This document shows positions 54,171-64,000 of a stretch of 64,000 nt of DNA, in pieces (the stretch's first letter is position 1; each line of letters starts with the position of its first letter). Below the pieces are notes generated by a model, which searched no databases, was not told the DNA's origin, and saw only the letters and a program-made list of their open reading frames with translations. The stretch is from positions 29,140,001 to 29,204,000 of the forward strand of contig OX597820.1 in assembly GCA_951406725.2 (NCBI GenBank). Reading direction: 5' to 3'. Source of the DNA: Octopus vulgaris (Eukaryota). The position numbers were made by a program, and so were the translations under genes.

Positions 54171-54189
54171 TAATATAATACATATCGCA

Positions 54190-54545
54190 TATATTCAAAA
54201 CAATCTCTTCTCAATATTATAACACACCTCACATAACGTCTATATTAAATACAAACCACTTCCCAATATTATAACATATCTTATATGGTACATATTCTAA
54301 AATTTCACTTCTGAAATCAATAACACGTCTCACACGGCCTCTAGTCAACACATTTACCTCTCAGTACTATAATACTTTTTACACATCCAGTTTTACACAC
54401 ACACACACACACACACACGCACATTCCGAATACTGTAACATGGTATACGCAGCCTATGTTCAACGCAAACACCAGACAATATTCTACCACAATTCACATT
54501 ATCTATAGTTTGAACAATCACCTTTCAATTCAATATTATGCTATA
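54190..54545. repeat. Degenerate ~49-bp tandem repeat
   Basis: Recurring ATTC..AACAATCAC.T.TCAATATTATAACACA.CTCACA motif, about 7 units. Confidence 0.6.
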
Positions 54546-54631
54546 TTGCTCATAACACATAATCTGCGTAAGTAACTCCCAATTCACTAACGCAGCCCTC
54601 ACAACACAGTTTCCACGCAGTCAACTAATTA

Positions 54632-54718
<87 letters not shown>

Positions 54719-56509
54719 CTAAGTAATTAAGGGTTTAGCAACGAATTGCCTCACCAACACACCGAATTTAGAAATAGCAGTCAAAGAGATATAGCTATTC
54801 CTTCTACTAAAAGGGGGATCTCAGTAAAAACACAGCACTTAAAAGGCAAACACAGACAGGTAAGAAAGAAAGAATGAAATGACGGCAATCCATCATGCAA
54901 TTTTAAGTTACCTACGGACGTACGTTTCGAGATCAAGTTTTAGGGTATCATAAGAATTAGAAAATTCTACTTTACCCAGACTTCTTCTCTCATCGGCGCA
55001 AGATACTACAATTGTGAATAATTGTATATTAAATTTTGAGATACTAGAATGCGTCATCTCAACTCAGTGTCAGAGCGAGCCAAAGCATGACCAGTACCAC
55101 GAAATTCAAAGTTTGAATGAAAGTTTGTGTCACCAGCCCCCTTCCACCCGCGTGTAGCCAAGACAAAATGCTGTGGTCATTTACTGGGATAAAATATGGT
55201 TATCAGTAATAATAAAAGGGTGAAATTAATTAATTAGGGATAATTATCAATTACACCAAGTAGATTTCGGTATGTAAAAGCCCCATTCGAGGAAAATTTA
55301 AGTAATACTAAGTAATTAAGGGTTTAGCAACGAATTGCCTCACCAACACACCGAATTTAGAAATAGCAGTCAAAGAGATATAGCTATTCCTTCTACTAAA
55401 AGGGGGATCTCAGTAAAAACACAGCACTTAAAAGGCAAACACAGACAGGTAAGAAAGAAAGAATGAAAGAATGAAATGACGGCAATCCATCATGCAATTT
55501 TAAGTTACCTACGGACGTACGTTTCGAGATCAAGTTTTAGGGTATCATAAGAATTAGAAAATTCTACTTTACCCAGACTTCTTCTCTCATCGGCGCAGGA
55601 TACTACAATTGTGAATAATTGTATATTAAATTTTGAGATACTAGAATGCGTCATCTCAACTCAGTGTCAGAGCGAGCCAAAGCATGACCAGTACCACGAA
55701 ATTCAAAGTTTGAATGAAAGTTTGTGTCACCAGCCCCCTCCCATTCGAGGAAAATTTAGTAATTAAGGGTTTAGCAACGAATTGCCTCACCAACACACCG
55801 AATTTAGAAATAGCAGTCAAAGAGATATAGCTATTCCTTCTACTAAAAGGGGGATCTCAGTAAAAACACAGCACTTAAAAGGCAAACACAGACAGGTAAG
55901 AAAGAAAGAATGAAATGACGGCAATCCATCATGCAATTTTAAGTTACCTACGGACGTACGTTTCGAGATCAAGTTTTAGGGTATCATAAGAATTAGAAAA
56001 TTCTACTTTACCCAGACTTCTTCTCTCATCGGCGCAGGATACTACAATTGTGAATAATTGTATATTAAATTTTGAGATACTAGAATGCGTCATCTCAACT
56101 CAGTGTCAGAGCGAGCCAAAGCATGACCAGTACCACGAAATTCAAAGTTTGAATGAAAGTTTGTGTCACCAGCCCCCTTCCACCCGCGTGTAGCCAAGAC
56201 AAAATGCTGTGGTCATTTACTGGGATAAAATATGGTTATCAGTAATAATAAAAGGGTGAAATTAATTAATTAGGGATAATTATCAATTACACCCTTTTAT
56301 TATTACTGATAACCATATTTTATCCCAGTAAATGACCACAGCATTTTGTCTTGGCTACACGCGGGTGGAAGGGGGCTGGTGACACAAACTTTCATTCAAA
56401 CTTTGAATTTCGTGGTACTGGTCATGCTTTGGCTCGCTCTGACACTGAGTTGAGATGACGCATTCTAGTATCTCAAAATTTAATATACAATTATTCACAA
56501 TTGTAGTAT

Positions 56510-56601
56510 CCTGCGCCGATGAGAGAAGAAGTCTGGGTAAAGTAGAATTTTCTAATTCTTATGATACCCTAAAACTTGATCTCGAAACGTACGTCCGTAG
56601 G
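56510..56601 (+). ncRNA. Type I hammerhead with CCGAUGA core variant
   Basis: CCTGCG-CCGATGA-[GAGA...TCTC]-GAAA-CGTAC-GTC-CGTAGG. Confidence 0.75.
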
Positions 56602-57106
56602 TAACTTAAAATTGCATGATGGATTGCCGTCATTTCATTCTTTCATTCTTTCTTTCTTACCTGTCTGTGTTTGCCTTTTAAGTGCTGTGTTTTTACTGAG
56701 ATCCCCCTTTTAGTAGAAGGAATAGCTATATCTCTTTGACTGCTATTTCTAAATTCGGTGTGTTGGTGAGGCAATTCGTTGCTAAACCCTTAATTACTTA
56801 GTATTACTTAAATTTTCCTCGAATGGGGCTTTTACATACCGAAATCTACTTGGTGTAATTGATAATTATCCCTAATTAATTAATTTCACCCTTTTATTAT
56901 TACTGATAACCATATTTTATCCCAGTAAATGACCACAGCATTTTGTCTTGGCTACACGCGGGTGGAAGGGGGCTGGTGACACAAACTTTCATTCAAACTT
57001 TGAATTTCGTGGTACTGGTCATGCTTTGGCTCGCTCTGACACTGAGTTGAGATGACGCATTCTAGTATCTCAAAATTTAATATACAATTATTCACAATTG
57101 TAGTAT

Positions 57107-57198
57107 CCTGCGCCGATGAGAGAAGAAGTCTGGGTAAAGTAGAATTTTCTAATTCTTATGATACCCTAAAACTTGATCTCGAAACGTACGTCCGTAGG
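57107..57198 (+). ncRNA. Type I hammerhead with CCGAUGA core variant, tandem copy
   Basis: Identical to 56510-56601, 597 bp downstream. Confidence 0.75.
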
Positions 57199-57452
57199 TA
57201 ACTTAAAATTGCATGATGGATTGCCGTCATTTCATTCTTTCTTTCTTACCTGTCTGTGTTTGCCTTTTAAGTGCTGTGTTTTTACTGAGATCCCCCTTTT
57301 AGTAGAAGGAATAGCTATATCTCTTTGACTGCTATTTCTAAATTCGGTGTGTTGGTGAGGCAATTCGTTGCTAAACCCTTAATTACTTAGTATTACTTAA
57401 ATTTTCCTCGAATGGGGCTTTTACATACCGAAATCTACTTGGTATTATTACT

Positions 57453-57582
<130 letters not shown>

Positions 57583-57598
57583 CAAACAGATAGATGGG

Positions 57599-57675
<77 letters not shown>

Positions 57676-58584
57676 CAAAAAAGTATACATGCAAACGTAG
57701 TAACATATATGTGTGTGTGTGTGTGTGTGTGAGCGAGAGAGAGAGAGAGAGGGAGAGAGAGAGCATATGGAGCATATAACGCAATAGATATTTACAAAAT
57801 TGCAAAATAAAAAATGGACAAAGTATTTGGGTAGGATGATTATTTTTGGATAATAAAAGAATGTACTGGTTGAACTCTTAGAACTAGAGTCATGTTCTAA
57901 GGGCTTTGGGGAAAAAACAAGCTGTGACAGAGTAATTTAGCATATATGGGGTGGCGGGGAATCAACCGTTAAACTTTGAATATTGGAGAAAATATGGAGA
58001 AAATGATATAAAAGAAATTGTTCTTGCGAAAGGAAAATAACAAAGGAATGTGCTGGGAAAGCGGAGGCGGGGGTGTATTGATTTAGGGAATGTGTTACAA
58101 GTAAACAGATATTGAAGAGAAATTTTTCAAAAACAATCAGGTTTTGTGTTTAATAGATAAACAAGGTCTCGGTGTCTTTAGAGAAATAGAAAATGGACGA
58201 GAAATGAATAACAATAACTTACTCTGGAGTTTAAGTAGATAGATAGATAAATAGATAAATAGTGAAGTAAGGTAGGAAGATAAATGGAAGTAAAAAGTAG
58301 ATCAGGGAGAATGAAAATTTGTTAAGATATGGTAAGTTCATAAAAGATCAAGATAACTCAGTAAAAATTCGAGAGAATAGTTGGAGAGATGATATAAATT
58401 GCGTTAAGGATGGCTGTAAATGTAGGAGTAATAAATATTGAGGAATCAAAGGAAATCGCCGAAAAAAAGTGGATGAGTTATTCGGTTAGTATTATGTATT
58501 TCAGAAAGAGGTGAGATAAAGAGAGAAATATGACTACGTATGATAGATATTTGCGAAGTACCAAAAATAAAGAGAAATAAACGT

Positions 58585-58797
58585 TGATTTCAAATTTTGG
58601 CACAAGGCCAGCAATTTCGGAGGCGGAAGTAAGTCGATTACATAGACTCCAATGATCAATTGGTACTTAATTTATTTGTTCTAAAAGTATGGAAGGCAAA
58701 AACGACCTCGACAGCATTTGAACATAGAACGTAAAGACGGGTGGAATGCTGCGAAGCATAATGCCCGGCGTACTAACAATTCTGCCAGTTCGCCGCC

Positions 58798-58799
<2 letters not shown>
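58585..58799 (-). mobile_element. SINE type D
   Basis: Reverse complement of type D; further copies at 59715-59890 and 60003-60198 (-). Confidence 0.8.
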
Positions 58800-58853
<54 letters not shown>

Positions 58854-58927
58854 TTGCCCTAGGAGTCGGGAAGGCGCTCGGCAAGAAATGGAAGCAAATT
58901 TGAAAGAAGAAGAAAAAAAAAAAAAAA

Positions 58928-58973
<46 letters not shown>

Positions 58974-58976
<3 letters not shown>

Positions 58977-59477
58977 GCCCTGATGCAGTACCAGGCAGTG
59001 GTTCTCGTGGCTTCTGATCTTCATTGATTGGAAGTGTTATCATGTACATTGTTTTGTCTTGGTATAAAAGATGGGCTACAGCAAATATTCTGCTCAATAC
59101 CACAGATTTGCTTGCCAGTTGTTTGACCTTAACCAGTTGAGCATGTCCCTTACTGGCTGACGATATGTGCATCTCTGATCACGAGCAGAAGTAATGGGGG
59201 GGGGGCATTATAGTCATGTGTTGAGAGGGATTCTTTGAGGAAACAACCCTTATTCAGGGACCTTTTGAGCAGGATGAGTTACTCGACCAGAAGAAAATTC
59301 TAGCTGGGCCCCACCTGCAAGGTCATGCGTTGTTTATCTTGATATGAGATCACCATGTCGTGCACATATGGTTGTGACGCATGTGCCCTTATCAGACGGG
59401 TAGTCATGATGGGTATACTGGGCTTCCTGTATTTTACCCCAGTGTGACTTTGATGGCATGAACTGCTCTCTGACTCA

Positions 59478-59478
<1 letters not shown>
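58974..59478. mobile_element. Unclassified ~500-bp insert in (TAA)n
   Basis: Complex sequence with (TAA)n directly on both sides; no ORF of recognisable family. Confidence 0.5.
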
Positions 59479-59560
<82 letters not shown>

Positions 59561-60889
59561 AAGAAGAAGAAGAAGAAGAAGAAGAAGAAGAAAAAGAAGA
59601 AGAAAAGAAGAAGAAGAAGAAGAAGAAGAAGAAGAAGAAGAAGAAGAAGAAGAAGAAGAAGAAGAAGAAGAAGAAGAAGAAGAAGAAGAAGAAGAAGAAG
59701 AAGAAGAAGAAGAATTTCTACTATAAGCACAAGGCCTGAAATTTGGTGGGAGGGACTAGTCGATTACATCACCCACCCCCCTCAGTGTTTCGCTGGTACT
59801 TAATTTATCGACCCTGAAAGGATGAAAGGCAAAGCCGACCTCTGCGGAATTTGTTCTCAGAACGTATCGGCAGACGAAATACCGCTAATTAGAGTTAGCA
59901 TTACGTAGAAAAATATTTGGTGATGGTTAACATCAGGTGAAGCATATTTCAGGGAGATATTCTGTCACCGTTGCTGTGAAAATAATATTGGTTTTATATT
60001 TTTCGCACAAGGCCAGCAGATTTGGAGAGGGGCTAGGTCGATTACATCGACCACCGAAGATCAACTGGTACTTATTCTCCGAAAGGTGGAAGAACAAAGT
60101 CAACCACTGCGGAATTTGAACTGAGAACGTAAAGGTGGGCGAAATACTACTACGCATTTTGCGCGATATGCAAATGATTCAGCAACCTTGTCACCTTCTA
60201 ACGAGAAATAAATATTAGTGACAGAAAAAAAAATATTAGTAAAATATTTCAGAGGTAAAAAAAAAAACAGAAGTAAAGAAAAATATCTATTATATGAGAA
60301 GTAATGGTAGCTAAGGTGAAAATATTTTCAGAAATTGATGGCGAATGGGTTAAACAGTCTAAATATTAGGGTTTGCGAAGAGCAGTGAAAAACAATGGAG
60401 GGAGGATACTTTTCTATAACAGAACTTTTCTATGACTGCAGTTTCCTCAGCGAAGGTCTTTCAGCATTTAATTGTACAACAACGTGTTAAGTATAATTGT
60501 ACAAAACTATATTTTAAGCATCACTTCTTAATGTGCTTCTAATTAATTAATTTCAACTTGAAAAATCTTTGCACACATTAGCAAATTTATTATTCGCTGA
60601 TTGAACATAAATGCGGCAGTTCTTAGTTGGCTATAAACGACGGTTTTTGTTCTTGTGTCTGTAGCTGAAGCGTAAGGTGTCACAGAAAAAAGAAATCTTT
60701 CTATCACTGTTAATTTGCGCTTTTTTTTAAAAAAGATTTTATATGTAATTGATCGTTTTTAATTTAAGAAAATCTTTTATCAGACATACATGTGTGAACA
60801 AATATGTGTGTATGTTTATATGTTTATATACATAAATACGTACACATATATATATATATAAATATAAATATGTACACACACACACACAC

Positions 60890-60998
<109 letters not shown>

Positions 60999-61260
60999 AT
61001 ATATATATATAGTTAATCCAAACAAGAAAGCACAAAAAAAACACAACAACGCGAGGACGTGAAACAAATATAGTCCCACACACATATATATACAAATATA
61101 TATATATATGCACGCACACACATATGCAACATTTATGCATACGTGTGTATATACGAATATATTAGACGATGGTATCAATATTAATATTTTAAATTATATA
61201 TATATATGTATGTATATATATATATATATGTGTATGTATATATATATATATATGTGTGTG

Positions 61261-61353
<93 letters not shown>

Positions 61354-61374
61354 ATGTATATATATATATATATA

Positions 61375-61413
<39 letters not shown>

Positions 61414-61436
61414 ATGTATATATATATATATATGTG

Positions 61437-61473
<37 letters not shown>

Positions 61474-61503
61474 ATGTATATATATATATATATATATATG
61501 TGT

Positions 61504-61534
<31 letters not shown>

Positions 61535-61562
61535 TATGTATATATATATATATATGTGTATG

Positions 61563-61595
<33 letters not shown>

Positions 61596-61610
61596 ATATA
61601 TATATATATA

Positions 61611-62230
61611 GGTAAACAGTAAAAATAATTACAGACATGGACAAGAACATGAAACGCCACAGAGACGACACAAGAACCACAGGACGGGACATTCGAAGCC
61701 CTCAGTCATCAGTCAAGAACCAGATCATCTTAGCAATTTCGGCTGATTAATCTTGAGATTGCTCCGATATGGGCAGCCCGCCACGGGAAATCTAAGCCAA
61801 GTGCATTAGATCCCCTGGAAGAAAGCTTCGAATGTATACAACACGAGGACGGAAAACGAACGAAGTACACGAACAAAAATACAGAATACGTGACAACAAT
61901 AAGAATACAAAAACGTAAAAACAATAACGGTAAAAATAAAGTATAAAAAATAATAAACAACAAAACAAAACCAGGACGTAGGACAAGGGTCTTTCGACAG
62001 GACGAATTGAGCATGGGGCTGGCTTATGAAGTTGTGCCTAATGGCCACAGGGAGACGAACAAGTACGTGTTGCTTCAACGGCTGCTGGAACGAAAAGAGC
62101 GCTCAACAGCGGTCAGCGGTATGAGAACAAAAGACAAGAGAAAGGGACAGATGAAAAGAGAGAGAAGGTGGACGAGGGAGGAGAAGAAAGAGACAGATCG
62201 AGGGGGCTGGAGGTGAGAGAGATATAGAAA
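61611..62230 (-). mobile_element. Unclassified (TA)n-embedded repeat carrying a permuted hammerhead-like motif (copy 2)
   Basis: Homologous to 26255-26560; motif at 61697-61763. Confidence 0.7.
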
Positions 62231-62251
62231 CGTAGAATGTATGTATGTATG

Positions 62252-62318
<67 letters not shown>

Positions 62319-62345
62319 GTATATATATATATATATGTATGTATG

Positions 62346-62376
<31 letters not shown>

Positions 62377-62393
62377 GTATATATATATATATG

Positions 62394-62447
<54 letters not shown>

Positions 62448-62453
62448 TGTATG

Positions 62454-62533
<80 letters not shown>

Positions 62534-62701
62534 CGTACACGCACACACTTGTACTTATATATCGGTGCGTGGGCATCTATTATATGATGGCGTGATAGTA
62601 TGATCGAAATATGCTGAGTGATAAACGTCAATATATTTAATCAATATCTAAACACACACACACACAGACGTGTGTGTGTGTGTGTTTGTGTGTGTATGCG
62701 T

Positions 62702-62759
<58 letters not shown>

Positions 62760-62883
62760 AAGCTTTATAAATAGTTGGTTGGTTTTGAATAAAGAACATT
62801 TAAATACTTGATCAGGTTTTTAAAGAAAATATTCAAAACAATTCTGGGTGTCTTCCAAACTACTCTTCTCCGAAAGTAATCAC

Positions 62884-62969
<86 letters not shown>

Positions 62970-63072
62970 GGTGGTGGTGGTGGTGTTGGTGGTTGCTGCT
63001 CTTCATATTCTAATGCCACAAACAGTAAAAATGGTATTTGCTAAAGCAGAATAGCTGCATAATATTAATAGG

Positions 63073-63117
<45 letters not shown>

Positions 63118-63384
63118 TTCTGTAAAAGTGCAACACAACTGAGAAAATACTTCAGTCTAAGACTAAATATTTTGGAAGTTTGTGATAAATGAATATGCCA
63201 AAGTAACCAAAACTAACCAAAAATATGTACTACATCTGTGAGTGTGTGTGTGTGTGTGTGCATGTAGGTATATGAAATCTTCCATTTATACACGTATGAA
63301 TATACAAACACACAAGCATATACACGCATGCACCCACACGTAGATATATATCTATATATATGTGCGTGTGTGTATATGTACACA

Positions 63385-63597
63385 TACTTTTTGTGCGACT
63401 TTTTTCCTCCGTCTTTCTTTTCTCTTGGATTTTCCTCTGATTCCTGTTTCTGACGAAGGTCTTTGCTCGAAACCTAAAAGCTACCTTTCTTTCCTTCCCT
63501 GAGCGCCTGCTAATACTTTGCATGTACCATGTCCTCACGTTGTTGATTTTTTCTTGTGTTTGTTCTTCGTTTTTTTTTTTTTTGGGGGGGGGGGTAC

Positions 63598-63632
<35 letters not shown>

Positions 63633-63653
63633 ATTTATATGTATAGATATGTA

Positions 63654-63703
<50 letters not shown>

Positions 63704-63905
63704 GAATTCACAAAAAAAAAACAAAAGACGAAGACAGGTGGTGTAGACAACAAACAGATGTATTAGTATAACGCTCGGGAAGTCAGAAAGTCCTTAACGT
63801 TTCGAGCCTACGCTTTTCGAGAGAAAGGAACACAGAAATAAACAGGGAGAGAAAATAGAAAATAGAAAGAGAAAATAGAAAAAGGTTTAGTGGCTAATGA
63901 TCTAT
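63385..63905. mobile_element. Two related Penelope pLTR-like fragments in opposite orientation with degenerate minimal HHRs
   Basis: + strand CTGACGA-AGGTCTTTGCTC-GAAACCTA at 63450-63476; - strand ...AAAGCGTAGGCTC-GAAACGTTA near 63795-63825; both followed by TTCCC(T)GAGCG...CTAATAC. Confidence 0.5.
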
Positions 63906-64000
63906 CATGTCGAATATATATATGTTATTCGAAATATATAGTATCAAATATCCATCACGGCTGGTCTTTGGCGGGGACCAAACACAGACACAAAGAAACA

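Noticed and set aside
57790-58570. Purine-skewed stretch possibly a decayed retroelement
   Set aside because: No motif could be recovered by manual translation.

Overview
AT-rich, gene-poor animal DNA, very probably from an octopus (inferred from the dense (TA)n/(TG)n/(GATA)n/(CATA)n and trinucleotide microsatellites and the tRNA-derived SINE families). No intact host gene is recognisable, and most ORFs in the track are microsatellite read-throughs. The window holds many SINE copies (at least four modular types) and decayed LINEs of the CR1/L2, RTE, R4/Dong and CRE groups. It also holds Penelope GIY-YIG fragments, Tc1/mariner, hAT and Chapaev-type DNA transposons, short Helitrons and a U6 pseudogene. 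The most notable signal is a hidden layer of hammerhead-ribozyme (HHR) motifs in non-coding elements embedded in microsatellites. (i) A ~590-bp unit with a type I HHR is arranged as tandem plus inverted arrays at two loci (34.1-35.4 kb, 54.7-57.5 kb), resembling retrozymes or Penelope pLTRs, with compensatory stem changes. (ii) Further unrelated HHR-like motifs occur, several with palindromic stem III. (iii) A two-copy element carries all three HHR strands in a non-canonical, pseudoknot-requiring order. All structural calls are by eye and untested.
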